This document shows, in pieces, positions 1 through 12,254 of a stretch of 64,000 nucleotides of DNA (position 1 is its first letter; the number at the start of each line of letters is the position of its first letter). Source of the DNA: Eledone cirrhosa. Lineage: Eukaryota. The notes beneath the pieces were generated by a model. The model was not told the DNA's origin and ran no database searches. It saw nothing but the letters and a program-made list of their open reading frames with translations. The stretch spans positions 5,890,001 through 5,954,000 of the forward strand of contig OZ024762.1 of assembly GCA_964016885.1 (NCBI GenBank), written 5' to 3'. The position numbers and the translations under genes are program-made.

Positions 1-890
1 CCACATATACATATACACCACACATACATATACACCACACATACATATACACCACACATACATATACACCACACATACATATACACCACATATACATATA
101 CACCACACAACATATACACCACACATACATATACACCACACATACATATACACCACACATACATATACACCACATATACATATACACCACACATACATAT
201 ACACCACACATACATATACACCACACATACATATACACCACACATACATATACACCACATATACATATACACCACACATACATATACACCACACATACAT
301 ATACACCACACATACATATACACCACACATACATATACACCACATATACATATACACCACACATACATATACACCACACATACATATACACCACACATAC
401 ATATACACCACACATACATATACACCACACATACATATACACCACATATACATATACACCACACATACATATACACCACACATACATATACACCACACAT
501 ACATATACACCACACATACATATACACCACATATACACAGTCATACACCACATATACATATACACCACACATACATATACACCACACATACATATACACC
601 ACACATACATATACACCACACATACATATACACCACACAACATATACACCACATATACATATACACCACACATACATATACACCACATATACATATACAC
701 CACACATACATATACACCACACATACATATACACCACACATACATATACACCACACATACATATACACCACACATACATATACACCACATATACACAGTC
801 ATACACCACATATACATATACACCACACATACATATACACCACACATACATATACACCACACATACATATACACCACACATACACAGTCA
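1..890. repeat. 17-bp minisatellite CCACACATACATATACA (runs off the left edge)
   Basis: Direct periodicity of 17. Confidence 0.95.
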
Positions 891-1033
891 TACAGATATA
901 GAAATGTATAGGAATAAATGAGGTTTAAATTTCAAAGATAAACCATTTTTTTTGTTCTGCGAATATTTTGGAGTATCCCTGGAGAGATTCATTACATTAT
1001 CTATAGTAAGTTGGTGTATATATATCTCTGATG

Positions 1034-1093
<60 letters not shown>

Positions 1094-1113
1094 TATATAT
1101 ATAAATATATATA

Positions 1114-1151
<38 letters not shown>

Positions 1152-1169
1152 TATATATATTTATATATT

Positions 1170-1207
<38 letters not shown>

Positions 1208-1229
1208 AATAAATAAATATATATATATA

Positions 1230-1269
<40 letters not shown>

Positions 1270-1287
1270 TATATATATATATAAATA

Positions 1288-1417
<130 letters not shown>

Positions 1418-2153
1418 TATATATATATATAAATAAATATATATATATATATAGAAATAAATATATATATATGACGTATATACAGTATATATACAGTATA
1501 TATAAATATATATATATATATTTATATATACTGTATATACGTCATATATATATATATATTTATTTATATATACGTCATATATATATATATATACATATTA
1601 TTAATGTGTATATCTATGTAAAGATGTATATATATATGTGTGTGTTTCTGTGTGAGTGTGTGTCTCTGTGTCTGTGTGTCTGTGTGAGTGTATGTGTGTC
1701 ATGTGTGTCTGTGTGTGTGTGTGTCTTTGTGTGTGTCTGAGTATGTGTGTGTGCCTATGTGTCTGTGTGAGTGTGTGTGAGTGTGAGTGTATGTGTGTAT
1801 GTCTCTGTGTGAGTGTGTTTCTGTGTGTGTGTGTGTGTGAGTGTGTCTGTGTGTGTGTGTCTGTGTAGGTGTATGTGTGAGTGTGTCTGTGTGTGTGTGT
1901 GAGTGTGTCTGTGTGTGTTTGTGTGTCTGTGCGAGTGTGTCTGTGTGTGTGTGAGTGTGTGTGTGGCTAACATTTTCCATTTACATTTCATTATATCTGC
2001 CCCTTGTTACAGTGAATCACCATTTAACGTCCATCTTCCAGCTGGATGCCCTTCCTAACACCAACGCCATCTACAGTGTGGACTGGGAGCCTTTTCACCG
2101 TGTCTCCTACACGACCACCTTACAGTGTGGACTTTTCTGTGAATATATATGTA

Positions 2154-2206
<53 letters not shown>

Positions 2207-2442
2207 TCATTAGTTAAGCAAAACAAGACCACAAATTTCACAAGGAAGACCTTATTAAAAGATTGTCAACGTATTTTAGTTTGATGTAAGGAATGTAGAG
2301 AATAATAATAATATTAACAATAATAATGTCCGTTTACAATTGTTTCGCTACTCCATATAATATTTCTGGATCAGATGACTATATATCATAATTGATCTGG
2401 TTCAGTTGAAAATAATTAAGATATTTATTTTTTCCTAGACAG

Positions 2443-3792
2443 TAGACTTCCCCTTATATCCAGGTCTTCCTTAGTCTTCCCCTTATACCCAGGTCTTCCT
2501 TAGTCTTCCCCTTATACCCAGGTCTTCCTTAGTCTTCCCCTTATATCCAGGTCTTCCCCTTATACCCAGGTCTTCCTTAGTCTTCCCCTTATATCCAGGT
2601 CTTCCTTAGTCTTCCCCTTATATCCAGGTCTTCCTTAGTCTTCTCCTTATATCCAGGTCTTCCTTAGTCTTCCCCTTATACCCAGGTCTTCCTTAGTCTT
2701 CCCCTTATACCCAGGTCTTCCCCTTATACCCAAGTCTTCCTTAGTCTTCCCCTTATACCCAGGTCTTCCTTAGTCTTCCCCTTATACCCAGGTCTTCCCC
2801 TTATACCCAAGTCTTCCTTAGTCTTCCCCTTATACCCAAGTCTTCCCCTTATACCCAGGTCTTCCTTAGTCTTCCCCTTATACCCAGGTCTTCCTTAGTC
2901 TTCCCCTTATATCCAGGTCTTCCTTAGTCTTCCCCTTATACCCAGGTCTTCCTTAGTCTTCCCCTTATATCCAGGTCTTCCCCTTATACCCAGGTCTTCC
3001 TTAGTCTTCCCCTTATATCCAGGTCTTCCTTAGTCTTCCCCTTATATCCAGGTCTTCCTTAGTCTTCTCCTTATATCCAGGTCTTCCTTAGTCTTCCCCT
3101 TATACCCAGGTCTTCCTTAGTCTTCCCCTTATACCCAGGTCTTCCCCTTATACCCAAGTCTTCCTTAGTCTTCCCCTTATACCCAGGTCTTCCTTAGTCT
3201 TCCCCTTATACCCAGGTCTTCCCCTTATACCCAAGTCTTCCTTAGTCTTCCCCTTATACCCAAGTCTTCCCCTTATACCCAGGTCTTCCTTAGTCTTCCC
3301 CTTATACCCAGGTCTTCCTTAGTCTTCCCCTTATATCCAGGTCTTCCTTAGTCTTCCCCTTATACCCAGGTCTTCCTTAGTCTTCCCCTTATATCCAGGT
3401 CTTCCCCTTATACCCAGGTCTTCCTTAGTCTTCCCCTTATATCCAGGTCTTCCTTAGTCTTCCCCTTATATCCAGGTCTTCCTTAGTCTTCTCCTTATAT
3501 CCAGGTCTTCCTTAGTCTTCCCCTTATACCCAGGTCTTCCTTAGTCTTCCCCTTATACCCAGGTCTTCCCCTTATACCCAAGTCTTCCTTAGTCTTCCCC
3601 TTATACCCAAGTCTTCCTTAGTCTTCCCCTTATACCCAGGTCTTCCTTAGTCTTCCCCTTATACCCAGGTCTTCCTTAGTCTTCCCCTTATATCCAGGTC
3701 TTCCTTAGTCTTCCCCTTATATCCAGGTCTTCCTTAGTCTTCCCCTTATACCCAAGTCTTCCTTAGTCTGCCCCTTATACCCAGGTCTTCCT
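2443..3792. repeat. 29/19-bp minisatellite CCAGGTCTTCCTTAGTCTTCCCCTTATAY with 424-bp higher-order period
   Basis: Variant TTCTCC recurs at 2641, 3065, 3489. Confidence 0.95.
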
Positions 3793-4095
3793 CTACTACA
3801 GCTTCCTTCTATTGGCATTTTCTTCACCAAGCAATCATCATCCATGTGCATCACATGTCTACACCAGTGCAGTCTTCTCTCCTGCACACTACATCTGATT
3901 CTACCTATACCCAGTTTCTCCCTCAATTATCTTGAATTAGTTGCACATAAGATGAAACTATGATAGTCACATGTGGAGGGCTTTTGATCACAGATCTGTT
4001 CAACCAGTGATGACCTAGGGTTAAACAAATACAATATAAACAGCTGGTAGTCTCTTAAAATAACTGTAAAACCATCTGTTGCTGAGTCATAACTG

Positions 4096-4373
4096 ATAAT
4101 GATGGTGATAATGATAATGATGGTGATGAGGATGATGGTGATAATGATGGTGATAATGATAATGGTGGTGATGATGATGATGGTGATAATGATGGTGATA
4201 ATGATAATGGTGGTGATGAGGATGATGGTGATAATGATGGTGATAATGATAATGGTGGTGATGAGGATGATGGTGATAATGATGGTGATAATGATAATGG
4301 TGGTGATGATGATGATGGTGATAATGATGGTGATAATGATAATGGTGGTGATGAGGATGATGGTGATAATGAT
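4096..4373. repeat. Compound (GAT/GGT/AAT) repeat with 54-bp period
   Basis: Direct periodicity. Confidence 0.9.
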
Positions 4374-4379
4374 CTTCTT

Positions 4380-5365
4380 ATCATGTCCACAAGAGTGTCA
4401 GTTACAGAACTTGGCTAGAAGTGGTTCTGCCACATTGCTGTCCTTTCTCATTAAACTCTGCCAAGTCCAATGCTGTGCAAGGGTGCTCCAGCAGGGGGAA
4501 TATCAGGAGGTGCTGTGTAGTCTGTGGTTCGATGATGCAGTCACATACTTTAAATATCCCTATTTTGCCAGATTGACTTTTGCACAACCAACACCAGATC
4601 TTAATCTGTTGAGGCATTTCCACACTACATAGTTTGTATCTGATCTGGGGGGCAATGCTTCACTTACCTTTAGCTCCATTGTTGTTACAGATGGGAGGTT
4701 GTTAAGTTTTTTTCTTCCCAGTGAGTGACTCTTTCACTACTTATGCTTGATGTTCCAAGGGGTGTTACACTGCTTAGGAAACTTTTCCTGGATTTAAGGC
4801 GGCTTTTGGCTAGCACATGGCCGGAGAGGATGTTTTTGATCTGTAGTCTGTTGTTTACGCTCTTTATTGCTTGCTGCACTTTGTTGAATCTCTGGTGGGA
4901 TATACAGCTGGTCCATAGGTGTAGATTTCAGGCAGCCCTTTGATGAGGCGGCAGCTAGCATTGAGGGCAGGATCTAGCTTCTGGACATGGACAGAGTTGC
5001 TGAAGCATGGAACAAACTACCTGCATCGGTTGTTAGCTGTCGAGACACTGCATCCTTTAAGGCCTCCATGCTTCCCGAGATCCACCAACACTACAGCTAA
5101 CACATACACACATGTACTTCCCTGACATTTGTGTATTATTCTATGTACTATATTGACGAGTTGTGGTGCACCTGAGCACTTTACACAATAATTTCATTAT
5201 TATTATTATTATACTGGGAATGCATACTCGGCAGCTGAGTAGCAGAGAGCTAGTGCAGTTGACTTCAGAGTCTGTGGGTGTTCACCCCAGGTTGTGCCAG
5301 TGAGCTTGTGGATGATGTTCCTTGCATTCACTTTGCACTTGGTCTTCTCAATGTGTTCGGGGGGG
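4380..5365 (-). mobile_element. Ingi/I-group LINE 3' fragment interrupted by a CR1-like insertion
   Basis: KVNARNIIHKLTGTTWG..PQTLKSTALALCYSAAEYAFP / HVQKLDPALNASCRLI / RLKSRKSF / terminal CDC..QT.QHLL finger. Confidence 0.75.
4992..5210 (+). mobile_element. CR1-like LINE 3' end with (ATT)n tail
   Basis: RVAEAWNKLP...SFK; nearly identical to ~20434-20655. Confidence 0.8.
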
Positions 5366-6014
5366 GGGGGGGGTATTGATCAATTAACCTTCAGTTGGTA
5401 CTTGGCTTCACAGTTTCGCAGGTGAAAGGCACACACCTGCGTCTTGGATGGAATTGCAAGCAGGTGGTTCTCTGTAATTTAAAAGACCACCCTTGTTACA
5501 CACACACACACATATGTATGTGTGTGTGTGTGTGTATATATGTCTTGTCTGATGTTCCAGTGTGTGTACAGGTGAGACTACAGAGTTATAAGCCACAATA
5601 AATGAATATATACGTTTTATGAAACTCGACCAATAATTGATAAAGTTATTAACAATTTTAAAGGGAGTTTCCTTCCACCAACCCTGTATATATATTCATA
5701 TATGATTCCACAAAGAAAAATATCGCTGTATTTACCTGTATTGGCCGACACCAAAACAAGGGAGGCAACTCGGGAGGAAAAACATTACAGATTTACAACC
5801 CTTGCCTTACCTTCCTTTTCCACTCGAATCTCCTTTACTAACGCATTTTCACACTTCTCACATGTCATATATATACATACATGCGAATAACTATGTGTTT
5901 ACTCTGGGAATGTATCTTACATTGCCCATGGAGTACGCTGAGATACTACCGGTACTGGCATTGATAAATATGCTGGGTCCGCCAACTCCTTATTACATAC
6001 ATACATATATATAT

Positions 6015-6450
6015 AACCTGGGCATTATTGTCAACAGCGATTTGCGTTGGACAAAGCTCATTTCTAAAATTGTCAAGAAGGCCGAAGGAGACTTAGCATC
6101 ACTCAGTAAGGTCTTTGTCAGCCACTCTCCAGCTATCTAATAAAAGCTGTATATAGCTGTGGTGTAGCCACTCTTAGAATTTGCATCTCCAGTGTAGAAG
6201 CCCGACCTTGCTCAGAATATTGATCTGAAAACTGTTCAGAGACGGGCAACCAAGCGAATACCCTCCATCAGGCATCTACCATACTCTGCATGCCTTGCTT
6301 CCCTGGATATGGATACATTAAAGTTCCAATGCCTGGCAACTGACTTGGTAGACACCCACACAATTATTAACTATCTTTCCAACAACAACCCTGAGAAACT
6401 TTTTGAATTCCATGTGTCTAACACCCATGGACATGCTTATAAAAATAAAA
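6015..6450 (+). mobile_element. CR1-like LINE RT C-terminal fragment, degenerate
   Basis: LGIIVNSDLRW, LEFASPV, VQRRATKRIP, NTHGHAYK. Confidence 0.78.
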
Positions 6451-6559
6451 CCATGTAGTGGGCAATTGTCAGGAACCCTACAATTACAACTCATGTTAGA
6501 GGTATGTGAAATAATAGGACAATTTTATACAATTACGAACACAAACGGCCAAAATGGGG

Positions 6560-6930
6560 GTTTCTCTCAGGGGTCTTTGGAGTAACTTTACTCAAAAGAG
6601 TGTGTAGCTCGGAGATCAGAGAGTTGTTCTGGGTAGAGCCGCTGCTGCTCCAAATCGAGATCAGAGATCCGATACTAGTGGCATGTGGTCTCAGGAAAGA
6701 ATCGCTGGACAGATTTTACAGGCAAAACCAAATGGCAGGAAGGAGACCCTGAGCAAGATGGTTAAATAACATCCATGAGCTCGGCTGGTCTCACTTGGAG
6801 ATTCAGCCAGATCAGTTGGAGATGGTTGCTTCTGACAGGACCTGCTAAAAGGCGTGTTGGAGGGCTCTGCCTCTAGGCATGCTTGAGGACTCTGCCCTCA
6901 TGACCATCTCAGGAAGAAGAAGAAGAAGAA
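6560..6930 (+). mobile_element. RTE-like 3' fragment (related copy at ~7960-8250)
   Basis: VEPLLLQIE, GHVV, G.RP..RW segments; (GAA)n tail. Confidence 0.55.
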
Positions 6931-7637
6931 ACAACAACAACGTTTATTTTTTTTTTATTCAACATTCTTTTTTTCAGTATCTTTTTCTTTATTGATTTGA
7001 TAAAAATGTCAAAAACAAGTTTTTTCTAAATAATTTATTGATTCGTTTTTATGTTTATTAATTTATATTTTTCCAGAAATAGAACATATTTCAGCAATAC
7101 TTGATATTTTAATTATTTCTCAGAAATTTGCTTTCTTTTATATAAGTTTATTCAAATTAATTATTATATGACTATGATTTTGAGTGGGATGGCAGTGGGT
7201 AGGCCTAATAGAGCAACAGATAAAAGAGTTTATAGTATTTATTCTGATTATGTTCTGAGTTGAAATCCCTGCTGAGGTCATCTTTGCATTTCATCCTTCC
7301 AGGGTCAATAAAATAAAGTACCAGTTATGTACTGGAGTTCAACCCTTTCCCCCCTTCCAAAAATTGCTGGGTGTTTAGCCAAAATTAGAAACAATTATCA
7401 TTAATCATGGGGTTAGGATAGAATCGGTGGAGAGTCAGACAAAATGTTCTACAGCATTTAATTATGGCTCTCTACATTTGGAGTTCAAATCATGCCGGGC
7501 AAATTTGCCTTTCATCCTTCTGGCATCGATAAAATAAAGTTTGAGTAAAGAACTGGGTCAATATAAATGACTTTCTCCCCCAACCCCACTAAAAAAAGAT
7601 ACTGGCCAGGTGCCTAAATTAGAAACAGTTATTAATT

Positions 7638-7815
7638 GTTTCTACTTTAGGCACGAGGCCAGCAATTACTCAGTGTATTACTGGTACTTTATTTTATCGA
7701 CCCCGTCAGGATGAAAGGCAAAGTTAACCTCGGCGGGATTTGAACTCAGATCGTAAAGGGACGTAACTCTTTGCTGGAAAGCATGGCGTCCGACCCTCTA
7801 CCAAAACTGCCAAGA
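7638..7815 (-). mobile_element. SINE family copy (others at ~31830-32003, 43887-44060; degenerate copies at 7250-7640, 8460-8610, 33540-33610)
   Basis: Shared block TTTCTACTTTAGGCAC.AGGCC...GATGAAAGGCAAAGT..ACCTCGGCGGGATTTGAACTCAGA. Confidence 0.75.
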
Positions 7816-8526
7816 AACAGTTATTAATGATGGCATTTCAAGTTCAGTGCCACTGTATGGCATCTTGGGTTTTTGTCTTTTACCATAACACTGGGTCAAC
7901 TTATGTCTTGTCAGTAAATTTGAGTAGGAAGGGTCTTCGTAGTAATGTTACTATTTAGAGTGTGTCACTCCAGGTAGAGCAGCTACTTCTCAGAATCGAG
8001 AGATCATAGCTCTGATACTACGGACATGGGGTCAGAATGACTAAGGAAAGAATCGGACAGATTTTGTGAGGAAAATCAACTGGCAGGAGATCCAAATGGT
8101 TGGATAACATCGATGAGCTTGGTTGGCCTCGCTTAGGGATCGAACCAGATCAATTGAAGATGGTTGTTTCTGATAGGACCCCCTGGAAGGAGTGTTTTAG
8201 GACTCTGCCTCCACGACTCTCCCAGGAATAAGTGAGCAGAGAAGAAGAGAAAATGCTTGAAAGCCCATTGGATAGACTGTTCCTGTAATTCAAAGGTCCA
8301 TCCCTGTCAAACTGAATCTCCCTGAGAATTTTGTTATGTGTCTGAGGAATACTCAACCACTTACATGCTAATTTAATGAGTAGGGTGTTCCGTGAACTGA
8401 ACAATTAGAACACTCATCATTAAATCTGATAGTGATCTATTTACTATTACTATTGTAAAGATTTGTAGAATCAGTAGAGGGTTGGACAAAATGTTTTACA
8501 GTATTTATTACAACTCTTTATGGTCT

Positions 8527-8573
8527 GGGTTAGGGTTAGGGTTAGGGTTAGGGTTAGGGTTAGGGTTAGGGTT
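8527..8573 (+). repeat. Interstitial telomeric repeat (TTAGGG)x~7
   Basis: GGGTTAGGGTTAGGG... perfect run. Confidence 0.9.
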
Positions 8574-8672
8574 CAAATCCGGCTGAGGTCAACTTTGCCT
8601 CTCATCCTTCCTAAGTCTAAAAGTCTAAAGTCTTTCTCAAGCTCAGAGGTTAATCATGTTGGTGCTTATTTC

Positions 8673-9220
8673 GGATCAAACCTGGGACTTCATGGTGGGA
8701 TCAAACCTGGGACCTCACTGTGGGATCAAAGCTGGGACCTCACTGTGGGATTAAACCTGGGACCTCATGGTGGGATCAAAGCTGGGACCTCATGGTGGGA
8801 TCAAACCTGGGACCTCATGGTGGGATCAAAGCTGGGACTTCATGGTGGGATCAAAGCTGGGACCTCATGGTGGGATCAAAGCTGGGACCTCATGGTGGGA
8901 TCAAAGCTGGGACCTCATGGTGGGATCAAACCTGGGACCTCACTGTGGGATCAAAGCTGGGACCTCATGGTGGGATCAAAGCTGGGACCTCATGGTGGGA
9001 TCAAAGCTGGGACCTCATGGTGGGATCAAACCTGGGACCTCACTGTGGGATCAAAGCTGGGACCTCACTGTGGGATCAAAGCTGGGACCTCACTGTGGGA
9101 TCAAAGCTGGGACCTCATGGTGGGATCAAAGCTGGGACCTCATGGTGGGATCAAAGCTGGGACCTCATGGTGGGATCAAACCTGGGACCTCATGGTGGGA
9201 TCAAAGCTGGGACCTCATGG
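8673..9220. repeat. 25-bp minisatellite GGGATCAAAGCTGGGACCTCATGGT
   Basis: ~22 copies. Confidence 0.95.
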
Positions 9221-9671
9221 CTGTGAAGAGAAATATCTTAACCATTCCACCACATCTGTGTCCAGTAATTGGATAATAGCTCCACAGATCTGCTAAGGGT
9301 GCTGATAGCTCCTACAATTCACTCTGGTCATGTTTAGCAGTTTCACAAACAGAGATCCCTAAAACAAAAGAGTATTAGGGATGTTTTGATCGACTAAATC
9401 CCTTCAATGCTGTGCCCCAGCATGGCCACAATCTAATGACTGAAACAAGTAAAAGGAAAAATAAAATAAAGAAACGAAAAAAAGTTTTTTGTTTTCTTTT
9501 TGTAATTTCAATATATTAGATTTTTAGATATTTACAGAGGAATAAAATAAAATAAAATAAAATAAAAGAAAATAAAAAGAAAATATAAGATGCAGCAGCA
9601 GGAGCAGCAGCTTGAGTGATAATTCCTTAGAAAGTTCTGGACAGATGTTTTTGAGTGGTTGGTTTATGCTA

Positions 9672-10210
9672 GCCAGGTGTTCCATGGTAGAGACACAGAC
9701 AGTGAGATGTCAGGTCTGGTAGAGGTGTTCTGTGGTAGAGACAGTGAGATGCCAGGTCTGGTAGAGGTGTTCTGTGGTAGAGACAGTGAGATGCCAGGTG
9801 TGGTAGAGGTGTTCTGTGGTAGAGACAGTGAGATGCCAGGTGTGGTAGAGGTGTTCTGTGGTAGAGACAGTGAGATGCCAGGTGTGGTAGAGGTGTTCTG
9901 TGGTAGAGACAGTGAGATGCCAGGTCTGGTAGAGGTGTTCTGTGGTAGAGACAGTGAGATGCCAGGTGTGGTAGAGGTGTTCTGTGGTAGAGACAGTGAG
10001 ATGCCAGGTGTGGTAGAGGTGTTCTGTGGTAGAGACAGTGACGGTGAGATACCAGGTGTGGTAGAGGTGTTCTGTGGTAGACACACAGACAGTGAGATTC
10101 CAGTCAGGTGTGGTGGAGGTGTTCTGTGGTAGAGACACAGACAGTGAGATGCCAGGTGTGGTAGAGGTGTTCTGTGGTAGACACACAGACAGTGAGATGC
10201 CAGCCAGGTG
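9672..10210. repeat. 42-bp minisatellite
   Basis: GCCAGGTGTGGTAGAGGTGTTCTGTGGTAGAGACAGTGAGAT, ~12 copies. Confidence 0.95.
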
Positions 10211-10384
10211 TTATTCCACGGGAAGTTGAAGAAAGTGTTGATCTTGTGGGTCACTTCTGTTGACAACTACACAATACTGCTCTGCTAAACAGAATGGACC
10301 ATTTGTCAGTGTATAACAACAAGTGTATTACAATAAATATTACAACTACTTCGACTACAACCAATACATACAACTGCAGATAAC

Positions 10385-11131
10385 AACAGTGTCCTAACAT
10401 GGCCGCTACTGTGTCCCAACATGGTTGCTGCTACAGTGTCCCAACATGGCTGCTACCGCGTCACAACATGGCTGCTACTGTGTCACAACATGGCTGCTAC
10501 CGTGTCCCAGCATGGCTGCTACCGTGTCCCAACATGGCTGCTACAGTGTCTCAACATGGTTGTTGCTACCGTGCCCCAACATGGCTGTTACAGTGTCCCA
10601 ACATGGTTGTTGCTACAGTGTCCCAACATGGCTGCTACAGTGTCTCAACATGGCTGCTACAGTGTCACAACATGGCTGCTACTGTGTCACAACATGGCTG
10701 CTACAGTGTCCCAACATGGCTGCTACAGTGTCTCAACAAGGTTGCTACCGTGTCCCAACAAGGTTGCTACAGTGTCCCAACAAGGTTGCTACAGTGTCCC
10801 AACATGGCTGCTACAGTGTCCCAACATGGCAGCTACAGTGTCCCAACATAGCTGCTATTACTGTGTCCCAACATGGCCGCTACAGTGTCCCAACATGGCT
10901 GCTACTTTGTCCCAACATGGCTGCTACTGTGTCCCAACATGGCTGCTACAGTGTCCCAACATGGCTGCTACAGTGTCCCAACATGGCTGCTACTACTGTG
11001 TCCCAACATGGCTGCTACAGTGTCCCAACATGGCTGCTACAGTGTCCCAACATAGCTGCTACTACTGTGTCCCAACATGGCTGCTACTTTGTCCCAACAT
11101 GGCTGCTACTGTGTCCTAACATGGCTACAGT
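10385..11131. repeat. 22-bp minisatellite CCAACATGGCTGCTACAGTGTC
   Basis: ~33 copies with variants. Confidence 0.95.
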
Positions 11132-11197
11132 TGAATGACTCTAGTCATAAAGGCGTAAAAGCATCTATAAACATTTACCCAAACAAAAAACACTTAT

Positions 11198-11780
11198 TTA
11201 ACCCTTTTATTTACATATTTCTAATGAAAGACACTGCCTATGTTTAATCCCTTCATTACCATATTTCTAAGGTAAGACACTGCCTATGTCTAACTCTTTC
11301 ATTACCATATTTCTAATGAAAGACACTGTCTATGTCTTTAACCCTTTCATTACCATATTTCTAAGGTAAGACACTGCCTATGTTTAACCCTTTCATTACC
11401 ATATTTCTAATGAAAGACACTGTCTATGTCTTTAACCCTTTCATTACCATATTTCTAAGGTAAGACACTGCCTATGTTTAACCCTTTCATTACCATATTT
11501 CTAATGAAAGACACTGTCTATGTCTTTAACCCTTTCATTACCATATTTCTAAGGTAAGATACTGCCTATGTTTAACCCTTTCATTACCATATTTCTAATG
11601 AAAGACACTACCTATGTTTAACCCTTTTATTACCATATTTCTAATGAAAGACACTGCCTATGTTTAACCCTTTCATTACCATATTTCTAATGAAAGTCAC
11701 TGCCTATGTTTAACCCTTACATTACCATATTTCTAATGAAAGACAGTCTTTCATTAGAAATAAGGTGCTGAAAGGGTTAA
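11198..11780. repeat. 46-bp minisatellite derived from a TTAA-MITE terminus
   Basis: TTAACCCTTTCATTACCATATTTCTAATGAAAGACACTGCCTATGT x~12, closed by an inverted terminus ...GAAAGGGTTAA. Confidence 0.9.
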
Positions 11781-12061
11781 ATAACATGCCTACCATTATT
11801 GAAGCTAAATGTGGCTGTTCTGTGGGTATTCTTAAGAAGGGTTGATTCAAAGTAACAACAGCAACTACAGTAACAACAACAGCTATGACAGTAACAACAA
11901 CAGCTACAGTAACAACAACAGCTATGACAATAACAGTAACAACAATAGTAACAGCAATAACAACTATAGCAATAATAATAGTAACAACAGCAACAATAAT
12001 AATAAGAACAATATAGTGAAAATATTCAAAAGTGGAAGAAACCATAAAATTAATACAGAGA

Positions 12062-12093
<32 letters not shown>

Positions 12094-12254
12094 CCTTTGA
12101 GTATATATACCAATGAAGGGTATATATATACACTGGAAAGAGGTACGTATTGAGAAAGAAAACAATATAATCAACAAATTAATAACAAACATGTAATTAG
12201 TAAAAACAATTCTAGTAATTATTTAAGGAACTTTTATTTTTCAATATTTTGTAA

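Noticed and set aside
10211-10284. Possible alternative terminal exon of TMEM8 (phase-1 donor after 26904; AEQYCVVVNRSDPQDQHFLQLPVE*)
   Set aside because: Phase-compatible, but a short open frame is expected by chance, no homology is recognised, and exon 11 already ends in a normal stop.
8520-11138. Long overlapping ORFs (150-258 aa) with periodic sequence
   Set aside because: Translations of 25-, 42- and 22-bp minisatellites open in several frames; no domain or splice support.
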